64,000 bases of DNA from Psilocybe cubensis (Eukaryota). A program made the translations under genes and the position numbers. The notes beneath the pieces are model-generated. The model ran no database searches. It was not told the DNA's origin and worked only from the letters and a program-made list of their open reading frames with translations. Shown here one piece after another: positions 52,701-62,859 of the stretch (position 1 is the first letter of the stretch; each line of letters begins with the position of its first letter). Location of the stretch: the NCBI GenBank assembly GCA_017499595.2, contig CM039002.1:930001-994000 (forward strand). The letters run 5' to 3'.

Positions 52701-55700
52701 TATTGGCGTCGAGTGGGGTCGAGACGGGGCTACAGTTGAGAAGTCCGTATTCGTCTAGAACACTCTCAATGTACGGTGTCTGATGGATCCATACTTCTCG
52801 GGTGATTGTGTTTCTCTCGTATTGAACTCCCAGATATGAGCGTAGAGGGCCGAGGTCCTTGATGCCGAATCTTTTATTAATTTCAGATTTTGCGTGGTCG
52901 AGAAATGCCTTTGAGTTGGAGGCACCAAGTCCGTCGTCAACATGAATGCACAACCAGCAGTGCACCTGTACCCCATTCCAAACTCCTTTGAAGATGAAAG
53001 TTGCATGGTCTTTCTCTGATCGCTTGAATCCTATGTCCTGAAGAGTTGAACGAATCAGAATATACCACACGCTACTTGCCTGCTTCAATCCGTAAAGCGA
53101 CTTCTTCAACCTCCATACGCCTTTCGGGAAAGGAGATGAGTAACCAGGGGGGCACTTCATGTAGATGACCTCTGTTAAATCTCCCCACAGGAAAGCCCTC
53201 GTAGCATCGAAACATTCTATGTGCCATCCATTAAGAGTTGCATGCACGACTATAGCTCTGATGCTGACAGATTTGGATACGGGCGCAAACGTTTCATGAT
53301 AGTCAATAAGGTATTTCTGGGAGAACCCTTGAGCAACGAGCCTCGCCTTGTAAACTAGTTCTCCATGCTCGTCTATTTTGAACTCGAAGACCCATCGACA
53401 TCCTATAGTGTGTGTGCCATCCAGAAATTGCTCGTCCATGTACACGTTCATTGACTTGAGCATATTTAGCTCCTTTTCGACAACTTTCTGCCACTGGTCG
53501 GCGTCAGGACGCTGCATTGCTTCAAAGTAGTTGGCTGGTGGAATTTTGAGATCGTAGTTGGGGGAATGAGGGTTTCTTCTCTGTTCGCTCCTGACCGAGA
53601 GCAGAATAGCCTCGAAAAAAGCGTCCTTGTCTCGTGTAAGGTAGTCTTCGACGTCAAGAGAAACTAGTAATGCTTCTTCAGAGACATCGCTGTGAGGATG
53701 ATGTTCTAGCATTCCAACGGAGCACAAGGATATAAACGGATTGTCATCGTCACCCCCTTGCTCGGTGGAAGGCTGAACGGTTGACGATTTCTCGGCACTA
53801 GTCGCCCTGCGTGAAGCTTTAATGGACTTGCTTTTTGCTTTCTCTGCGTCGCGGAATTGGTTGTACAAGAGTCCTCTCGAGAAAAGATGACGTTCCCTTG
53901 ATGATGAAAGAGGTGGTGGCAAGATACGTCGAGCTTCTGGAGTCGGAGGTTGTTGAGGTGGAAGGGAAGGGGGAGTTGCAGGAATAATGTCAAGATTTAC
54001 TGAAGGAGACGAGGTGGAAGCAGAAGAAAAGGTAGAAGAAGAATTAAGGAGTTGAGGAGAGTCTAAGTCAGAGGGAGTAGCTGCAAGATTTGGAAGAAAA
54101 GAAGGAGAAATAGTAGAAGGAGAAGAAGAGAAAAGATCAGAAAAGAAAGGTAAGGACGAGTAGTCTATGGGAAGAGAAGAGGTACTGTTAGAAAGAAAAG
54201 AAACATTTTTGTCAAACACAGCATTAGAAGAATCAAAGAAATGTCCTGTTTCAAGATGACGGAACCGGTACCCTTTTCCACCTGGCGGGTAACCCATAAA
54301 TCTGCATTGCACAGATTTTGCTCCCAGCTTTGATTGCTACTCGTCGGGGACATGGACGAACGCGCGGCATCCCCATACACGGAGGTGAGAGAGATTAGGT
54401 GGACAATGATACATATTCTCGAAGGGAGTGATTCCATCCTCGTCGGTGCTTGTTACGTTGAGAAGGTAAGACGCAGTCAGAGCAGCTTCACCCCAATATG
54501 TCATGGGAAGTTGGGCCGTGGTGAGCATTGCGAGCATGCGGCCTTGAATTGTTCTCATGAAACGTTCAATTTCGCCATTCATCCAATGTTCGCGTGCCGG
54601 CGTGACTTCCTGTTCAATTCCCACATCCAATAGGTAAGCAGCAAAACTTCCTTTCCATTCCGGACCCCCATCACATCGAAAACGTTTGATTTTGCAGCCT
54701 GTACGCGTCTCCCAGCGAGCTTTGACTATCTTAAAGGCCTCTAACATTGTGTCGGTGGTTTTGTCTGCAGTAAGCTGGACATTATTGACTTTCATCCCAA
54801 CGCATCTGAAGGCGACAAAATATTCTTTATGGTGTGGTGTTTGAACCGGGAAAGGACCGCAGGTGTCGGCAACTACAAGTTCGAGGGGTTGATAGGCGCG
54901 CTGGCCAAGAGAGCTTGGCGGATGTGGGGTAGCGGGGTGCTTGGCAATGATGCACGGTTCGCACTTTATGTTTTCATCTCTCACGTCTGCTTTAATCACC
55001 CTTTTGACCAGCATGCGTGTGGCTTGTTCTCCAGGATGTCCCAGATGGAGATGATGAAGGTACATCGTCTCCGGGACCTTCACAAACATAGCTCTTTCGA
55101 CAATAGAATCTTCAGATCCTGGTACGAAGACTCCATTGTCTATTGCAAATAAGCCGTTAATGAGTGAAGCGGAGGCAAACGCGACACCCCTTTTGGAAAG
55201 GTGTATTCCACGTCCTGGATCGAAATTGCATCCGATTCCTGCGATGAATAATCGACTAACGGAGAGTAGGTTTACGGCTGCAGAAGGTGCGTGAAGGCAA
55301 TTATTGAGCTTTAGTTTGATTACTTTGCCCTTATAAGTCACGTTCAGGATGCATGTACCGCCGCCCTGGGTTCTGAGAGTCCCAAGATTGGCTGTAGTGA
55401 CGTTCCTGGCATCGCCCTCGGAATAAGTGTGGAATAGAGAACGCGATTTGATGATGTGGGAGGTAGCACCGGAGTCGAGCAGGATAGACGTGGATAAGAA
55501 AGATCTCGTATTCGCAGAGGCGACAACGTCAGTGTTCTGATGTATATCTTCGATGTCTTCAATTAATGCACAAGAGATCTCGCCACTGGTTTCCAGAGAG
55601 GCAGAGTCAGTTGCTATCGAAGCCATTTCCGCCCTTTTCGCTGCGACTGCTGCTTGATATGCCGGTCCCTGCCCTTCCATGCCTCCACCCTTTGCCCAAC

Positions 55701-58206
55701 AGTGTTCTTTGTCGTGCGAACGATTTTTACAGTTGGTGCAACGTACTCCATTCGGATTGTTAGCATGTTTGGCTATAGGGCGATTTTCATTTGAAAAATT
55801 GGAATATTCCGAACCAGGAGGGTGACGTTTAGAGCCTGCTTCCGCTTCTAGGCGCTGACATTCTATGGTTAGGCGCGATATAATTCTCTCAAGAGCAGTG
55901 TTTGGTGCAAAAGGTGTTCTCCCCTCGTCGACTGCGGCTTTGTCCCTATCCAATGTGTCTTGATACAACTGTATCATCAGTTGTTTGAAGTTGGGCCATA
56001 TACCCGAAGACGGAAGACCACGAATAATGTGGTGAATGATATCGCCCTCCGGGTAATCGACGCCCATGTCTTTAAGACGCTCCCTGCCAGTGCGGAATTC
56101 CCCAAGGTACTTTTCAATTTCAGTATAATCCTTGAGTTTGATGGACGCTAGTTTCTCCTTGATAGCGAACTGAGCATTGATATCGACACGAGCATACCTC
56201 GTCATAATTTGATTCCATAACATTCGCGCAGTAACGTCTTCTCCTACGCTCAAGTTCGATTTAACGAGCGCTGACACCTTTCTGGTGATTAGTGTTTTGG
56301 CGCTATCGTTGTCGCTCCACCATTTTCTGTAGGCAGTGATGACTTCGTCGGATGCGTCGTTTGCAGGTTCTGCAGGTTTGGGTGAGACCAGATAGCGTGC
56401 AGTTCTGCTTTCGGATCCCTCAATATGTCCATAGACGCCGCAATCCTTTAGGATATTCCTCATGTCATCCCTCCATGCTATGAAATTTGATGTTCCCTTG
56501 AGGTTGACGATATGATCTACCTTCGCATTTGCAGGTGTGATCTTGTTATTCATTGTGAAATTGTTGATGGTGGTATGGGCAGTGTTTGGAATCTCTGCTG
56601 CCATTTTGGTATGATTTTGTCAAGTGAAATGAGTATGGAGTTTGATAATAAAACTGGTGTCCTTTGAAGAAAAACTGTGCAAGCCTGATAGCTGAGTTTC
56701 GTCTGTCTTCGTTTACTTCAGGCGCGAGCGGGGCCCATAACCTGATGAAAACTAAATATACGATAAGTCTCAGCCGAATGAAACAAAGGGCTGATATATT
56801 GACCTAAATATACGATAAGTCTACAAACTCAATCAGCTATGTTTTATGAGTGACAAAATTGAATTTACCTCAGCCGAATGAAACAAAGGGCTGAGGTAGT
56901 GAGACGAGATGAGCCGGTATATGTGAGGATTGTGAAGTCAGAGAAGTTGATGAAGAAAATAAGGAAGGTGATGCGTTGTACGCTGAAGGAAAAGGAACTA
57001 CTGAACTCAGTAGTAGGACAGGGGCTACCGGATCGAATGGTCCGACTACAAATAAGGAAGGTCCAGGTGTAAAAAAGGAAAGAAGGGAGAATAAAACATA
57101 AGTAAAGAACTCGTATTCCAACATTTTTCACAGTATATAACAGTGCTTTACCGGAAAGTGTGAATGTGACTCAGAAATTGGACATAGGATACAAGCAACA
57201 TGGAAACCCGATCACCCTTCAATTTAAGTTTTTGCTTGTTTCTGCCTCGTGTTCTGATAAACTTGGGGGTTCGTTTCCATTTCTATTGTCAGGTTCGAAC
57301 CGCTGAGGCAACGAGAAAAAAAGAATAAAAACATTGAAACCTTGACATGTTGTTGAACGATGAAAAAGAGGAAACCTTCGACTCGTACACGGAATATTTA
57401 ATTTTGAGTCTTAACAAACGGAAGTGAGTGTCGATTACACCTTAGCAGCATGAGCCAGGACTACTAATTTGTCAATTCACTTGTAACCTCTGCAACTGAA
57501 AAGCAGACTCGTTATCCAATATGGCAAAACACAGCCGTACTAACAGCCCAGTGGCTTCTTTTAATTGGACATTGTAATTTATTGTATTCATAGATGCAGA
57601 ATCATTGAAGCGCGTCCGGAGCCGCTTCAACGATTCAGAGGCGAGTCAGCGATTCCGATTGAGAGGCGATTCTGCGTCTTCCCACGCTTCTGATGAGGAG
57701 AATCACCTCTGCGTTTGAATCGTCTACTCTGACCTCCCATAATGCATATAATACAAACTTAGCTCTACATATTAAACTGATAGAATAATCTGATACTCGA
57801 ACTTCAACTTCAATTTTGTTCAGGCTCATGTGCCAGCAGCCAGTAACACTTTGGTAATGGCACTAGCAAATGATTTATCCTCGGCTGTCGGCAGAACATT
57901 GACTGTACAGTGTCGGAGATTGTAAAGCTGCAAAAGGTGTCACAGAGGTAACGGAGAGTTATGCTACGAGGAAGGGACCCCGATTAACAAAAACGGACTC
58001 AGATTCGACGATCTGCAAGAAAGTTAGACCATGTTTGAGGCGGCAACCGTACATGGTTATTTCCTTGTCTGATATTTTGGAAGAGGTTCAGCTGCTCACG
58101 CGATTGTGACTTTGGTGTTATCGACGACGCTAGCCTGGAAGATACTCAGACAATCATGTTATGTATGTCAAGCAAGAGGACATCTACGTGCCTTGTTACT
58201 GCTCAT
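49743..58206 (-). CDS. P-loop GTPase (AIG1/MMR_HSR1-like) with C-terminal coiled coil; intron 2 expanded to 7.1 kb by transposons
   Basis: Exon 1 58206-58192 (MSSNK, GC-AG intron) and exon 2 58134-58100 (ASVVDNTKVTIA) join exon 3 at 51020 (VMGATGTGKTS). Later motifs SCT, LIDTPGFDDT, IYIHRISDFRM, VILTNMW. Confidence 0.88.
51567..51947 (-). repeat. 3' LTR of the Copia element
   Basis: 381-bp direct repeat of 56743-57123, with 2 mismatches found by eye. Preceded on the minus strand by PPT GAGGGGGTG. Confidence 0.96.
51955..56604 (-). CDS. Copia gag-pol polyprotein interrupted by one in-frame TAG at 54337-54339
   Basis: Gag knuckle CTNCKNRSHDKEHC, protease LLDSGATSH, integrase HLGH...CEPC / DTCGP / RCDGGPEW / NGEIER, RT YKARLVAQGF / SLYGLKQ / HVDD, RNase H YSDADWAG / KHIDIRYHFIR. 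Confidence 0.93.
56729..56742 (-). other. Primer-binding site, half-tRNAiMet type
   Basis: GGTTATGGGCCC directly follows the 5' LTR, the PBS type known from Drosophila copia and Ty5. Confidence 0.85.
56743..57123 (-). repeat. 5' LTR of the Copia element
   Basis: 381-bp direct repeat of 51567-51947. Confidence 0.96.
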
Positions 58207-58787
58207 GGCGGAGGGAAAGGAAGAGATGTGTACCCTACTTCACGTCGAATGCACCTTTTTTATATGTGCTCTTCACGGTGTCTACACGTGTGAGGGTGGT
58301 TCGATTGTGTCTCCAATAAAAGACCTTCCGCAGCTCATATTACACCTTAATCCAGTCACCAGATGTGCACGCAAATGGCGAGTACAGGCGTTGAGGGCTT
58401 GCGCACCAGCATGTGGAAGGACTCTGCTGGAACGATTGTGATCCATCGGATAGACGCCCATCGAGTTCACCGCGAAAGATGCCGTTCCAAATTGAAAACT
58501 TGTTCGCACGTTACAATAACAAGAGGCAGCAGCAGAAATTCCAGAACGCATGGTTCAGGACAACCTCGTTTGTCGGGACCTGACTGTCACTGTCAAATGT
58601 GAACAGGCGGAATGGTTGGACATATATTTGTGCAGTGTGCCCAGCGCCGCACAGCACACATATCGTAAGCAGGCTATGCTACGACTGCACATATATTAAA
58701 CAGCTGCTTCGTCGCGCAAAGCAGCCTCAACGCAGCCAACATCCAAACAATTATCCAGTCTCCCATCAAAGAAAACATTGCAGCACA

Positions 58788-59939
58788 ATGAGCGCCGGCC
58801 TTATATGCGCGTACCCGCTCTCTGGCGGCTACGGACCCATCCCACGGTTCCTCTACTACATCCTGCTGATCATCACGCTCGTATTCCACAAAACGAAATG
58901 GCTGGTCGACAGCACACTCGGCGCGTCCATGATCTTCAGCTCCATCGCAGCTGTCCACGCGCTCGCGCTGGACGCGGCGAAAGGGAAGGCAACGGTGGAT
59001 TTGGACATTATCCCAGTATATGCTATCACGGGCGTCGGGCTCGTCGCGGCGATACCGCTGATGGTGTGGTCCAAGGCGCTAAGAGAGGCGGAGACGTCTG
59101 CACGACTGCTTGTATTTTTGTGGATCCTCGTTATGTTCACGGGGAACATGGCGTCTTTAGCAAGCATCAAGAAGATCCCGTCGCCCGCGCCGTGCGACGC
59201 AGACGCGTGCACGGCGCCAGTGTGCAATGTCACGTTGCCGCTGAGGCACACCCAGCAGATCGTCTCTGTCCCGTTCCACCGTGGCCTCGGCCCATTCGCA
59301 ACCGACACATGGGCCACGCTCTTCTCGTGGATTGCAGCCTGTCTCGCGCTCACAGCCGCCATGTTCTTCTTGGAGCAGAAACGCCCGCTCGATATTGCAC
59401 TCGCACAGCTGAAGACCAAGGCCGGCTCGCGGCGCCTCCGCCGCAAAAACGCGAATAGAATCGCAACGTGCGCGGTATGCGCGCCGCCGCTTGCTATTGG
59501 GTTCTGTGTGGGCCATATCGTTGTGATGGAAGTGGCGATGCTCGGGCCGAGGGGGTTGCCCGTGGGCGAGGATATGACAGCCATTGGGCAGTGGGGGCCG
59601 TTAGTTGGCGCTGCATTTGCGACAATCGCGTCGATCATTCAGTGGGGGTTCTACGAGCCGGAGGTCAAGATGGCAAGCACTAGAGATGTGGAACAGATGC
59701 GTAGGGTTTCTCAGACTGACCGGGCACCTGGGGCCGGGAATGGTGTTTTTGATACGGCGATGTATTTTCAGGAAGGGTATTGGTGGGGACGAGGGGCGGA
59801 TGCGCTGCCTGTTATGGAACACGGAGGTGTGAAATGGATTGTTAGGGATGGAAAGTTGACGCGATTTGAACAGTTACTTGAGATGAGTAGTGTAGTTGTT
59901 AGAGACGAAACGAGGAGATGCAAATATCCATTGTTTTAG
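58788..59939 (+). CDS. Intronless multi-pass membrane protein of unknown function
   Basis: MSAGLICAYPLSGGYGPIPRFLYY..., several hydrophobic helices, a Cys-rich loop, EDMTAIGQWGPLVG. Confidence 0.8.
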   Translation: MSAGLICAYPLSGGYGPIPRFLYYILLIITLVFHKTKWLVDSTLGASMIFSSIAAVHALALDAAKGKATVDLDIIPVYAITGVGLVAAIPLMVWSKALREAETSARLLVFLWILVMFTGNMASLASIKKIPSPAPCDADACTAPVCNVTLPLRHTQQIVSVPFHRGLGPFATDTWATLFSWIAACLALTAAMFFLEQKRPLDIALAQLKTKAGSRRLRRKNANRIATCAVCAPPLAIGFCVGHIVVMEVAMLGPRGLPVGEDMTAIGQWGPLVGAAFATIASIIQWGFYEPEVKMASTRDVEQMRRVSQTDRAPGAGNGVFDTAMYFQEGYWWGRGADALPVMEHGGVKWIVRDGKLTRFEQLLEMSSVVVRDETRRCKYPLF

Positions 59940-60625
59940 CAGAACACCACTGACGAAGGCAATGAAGTAGAATCTGAATAACTGACTGAGAGACTTCATA
60001 ATTGTCTTGATACCGTTTTTCCAGGGGTTTAATGGTCTGCGTAATATTGGGAGCCTTCCAATACTATACCCATACCGCTAATCATGACGAATGCTGGAAT
60101 TCTGTAATGTGGATGAGAGAGAGCGTTTAGATAGTAGTCTACGTAGTTACTAGTATGCAATTGAGCAATGAGCAATGAGCACACTCCCTCCATCTCCTCG
60201 GAAGTAATATACGTTTCCTGTGTTTATAACCGTAAAAGAACGCAACAGAAGATAATGATGTCGATTCGGAGGAATTCATGTATGACTAGACTTTTTATCT
60301 TGGAACTTTTTTTTGACTTTTTTTCTAAAAGTTTTGGATTGGGCTATTGCCAGTGACTCGTATTTTAGATTTTAATTTAGACTCCGAAAGAAAGTGCAAT
60401 ATGCCGTCTATATGCCGCATACTTACTTAATAAGTTAGTATTAGTAATACCAGTAATTTAGGTTGCCGGATGGGGTTCCAGCCTTCCAAGTGGACCGGTT
60501 ACACTTACATCTAGATTCTACAGTTTCCTCCAATTGCTTGATAACTTCCTCCTTTTCATTCCATTGAAGCTCGTTACGCGACGCGGCGTCGCTCAGGATA
60601 AAACGCGTCGTACCATCTACCATCT

Positions 60626-60668
60626 ACCGTATACCGTATACCGTATACCGTGTACCGTGTACCGTGTA
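60626..60668 (+). repeat. 7-bp tandem repeat (TACCGTR) x6
   Basis: taccgta x3 followed by taccgtg x3. Confidence 0.85.
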
Positions 60669-60765
60669 TTTATCCCCCAAGCACCATTGAGCCGGCACCC
60701 TCGATCATACCGACACATCCTCGTTCACGTTCACGTTCGTGTTCACAAGCAGATAAGAACGCACT

Positions 60766-60802
60766 TTAGTATAGATTAGTATAGTATAGTATAGTATAGT
60801 AG
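60766..60802 (+). repeat. (TAGTA)n pentanucleotide microsatellite just upstream of RAI1
   Basis: tagtatagattagtatagtatagtatagtatagtag. Confidence 0.85.
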
Positions 60803-60815
60803 GGTAGAGTAGAGA

Positions 60816-62622
60816 ATGAGCACCTCAAGCACACATCCCCATCCCCATCCCCATCCTGCATCCCCACCCCCGCCTTCACATTCAGCTTCACATTCACGGA
60901 CTTTGCGGAAGAGACGCGCGGAAGATGAAGATGGAGTCGGAGAGGGAGAGGGAGAGGGTGTGGAGTATACAAGTGCGAGTGCGAGTGCGAGTGGAAGGGC
61001 GGGTGAGCGGCCTGCGACGCGTCGGAGGGTTGAGGTGGATGGGAGGGGGGTGGATGGAGGAGGGGGAGGAGAGGGAGAAGGAGGAGGGCAAAGGAGGGGA
61101 ACGCAAGCGTTCGACGCGTCGAGCCGTCTAACGAAGGAGCAGCAACACACCGAACCCATCTTCATCCCATACCCAGACCCAACCAAAACCACACCCAACC
61201 CCATCCCATTCCAACAACCAACACAACTAACATCCTTCTCCTACACCCCCGCGCACATCCAGGAATTCAACGACGCGGCGCTGAGATACTTTGTCGATCC
61301 GCCGCTTGGCGCGAGTTTGCGGTATGGGTATGAGAGGTGGGTGAGGAGGCCGGATGAGAGGGGGAGGTTGGATGCGCTGTTGCGTGCTTTGTGCAAGGTG
61401 AGGCGTGAGGCGGAGGGGAGGGGAGGGTTCCCGGAGATTGGGGTTGTGGCGTGGAGGGGGATTATGACCAAGTATGTGTTGTGTTATGTACTCTTTCGCT
61501 TATTCTATGTGTTTAAGAGATTACCTTTGAGGTTAGAATTTTGACGGCGCCTTATGAAAATCGGGATGGGTGGGATTTGAATGTGATGTTGGTTAATGGG
61601 ACGTTATACCTCGAAGAACATTTGACAGAGGAACGGTTAAATGAAAAGTAGGTGGTTTGTTTAATTGATTAATTCAAAACCAAATTTCTGATGTGTTTTG
61701 TATTGTAGAAATAATATGAACGAAAGACAGAGGTCTCAGACATATTATGGCTATGCGTTCGAGTCGTACTGTACGTCGGAGACACCGCCGGGGCAGGCGG
61801 CAGCGGGGCGGACAGGGAGAGCGCATGGGGAACCGGTGGGCTGGGGTGGGGACGTTGACACGAATGTGCAGTGGTGCAGTGTGGTGCGGACGAAACTCGG
61901 GGATATGCGTATGATCATAGGTGGTGAAGTGGACTGCGTCAGAGGTAAGGGTTAGAAAGTGAGCCCCGAGGGCATCCGGCTGATCCTAGGATGTAGGAAA
62001 GTACACGGGACAGACGGACACATTTGTGGAATTGAAGACGTCGCTTGCAATACGCGGCAGACAGGACGAAGAACGATTCGAAAGGTATAATTTTCGACGT
62101 TTGGTCTGACTGGCTTGTGGCTGACTGGGCTATAACAGGAAGCTGCTCAAGTTCTATTTCCAGTCGTTTCTGCTTGGGGTGCCGGTGAATCCGCATTGGG
62201 CTAATTATGTCTCTGACGCGATTTGACGATGTGTTTGTGAGTAGGAGATCGTGGTTGGATTCCGCACGCCAGCAGGGGTTGTAACAACTGTGCAATCATT
62301 CAAGACGATGCAGCTGCCACGCATGGTGCGCGGCAAACCGGGCGCATGGGATCCGATGGTCTGTATGCACTGGGGCGCCGGATTGCTTAGGGAGCTAAAG
62401 GTCCTCATTGACAACGCGCGCGGCGATATTGTTAGTGACACGTCGGTGTGGCGCGCGAGATTCGTGCCTGGGAAAGGTGTGAGTGTGGCGGTGCTAGAGG
62501 GCAGAGAGCTGGAGGAGGTGGTGAATGGGGAGGAGCGGGTCGGATTCCTGCCAAGATGGTACTGGGACACATGGCGAGAAGCATCACAGGGCAGACGCAC
62601 CCATTTAGCTTCCGTCATCTGA
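60816..62622 (+). CDS. RAI1: RAI1/DXO decapping exoribonuclease
   Basis: FQQPTQLTSFSY, WRGIMTK|ILTAPYE, YYGYAFESYCT, GGEVDC, FVELKTS, KFYFQSFLLG, IVVGFR, VGFLPRWY. Confidence 0.93.
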
Positions 62623-62859
62623 CTTTAGAGGGGGCGCGTATTATAGTAATAGTGTAGACCTTGATGCAATGGATTCAGAACGGAGGATTCTTCACCCGAA
62701 ACCCGGAGAATGCCGATACGCGTCGTCGCGTTTCTCGCGGGCCCACCCTCTGACCCTCCACCCACTGACCATCCTCTCTCTTCTCACCACAAACGCGCGA
62801 GTCTCATAGTCCGCAACAGCGGCCACCCACTCTCCTCCTCCACCAGCGAGCACGCGCAC

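Larger units (their letters stand above)
51567..57123 (-). mobile_element. Full-length Ty1/Copia LTR retrotransposon
   Basis: TG...CA LTRs of 381 bp, a TTTTT target duplication (51562-51566 and 57124-57128), PBS, PPT, and gag-PR-IN-RT-RH domain order. Confidence 0.97.
51042..58050. mobile_element. Unclassified TIR DNA element (about 1.45 kb without the nested Copia), apparently non-autonomous
   Basis: Perfect 22-bp TIRs ACGGTTGCCGCCTCAAACATGG (51042-51063 and 58029-58050), with direct repeat ACATGGTT at 51034-51041 and 58051-58058. Confidence 0.85.

Noticed and set aside
58856-59638. Long antisense and alternate-frame ORFs over GC-rich genes (also 3044-3562, 19890-20426, 50697-51428)
   Set aside because: Shadow ORFs from codon bias of the real gene on the other strand or frame.
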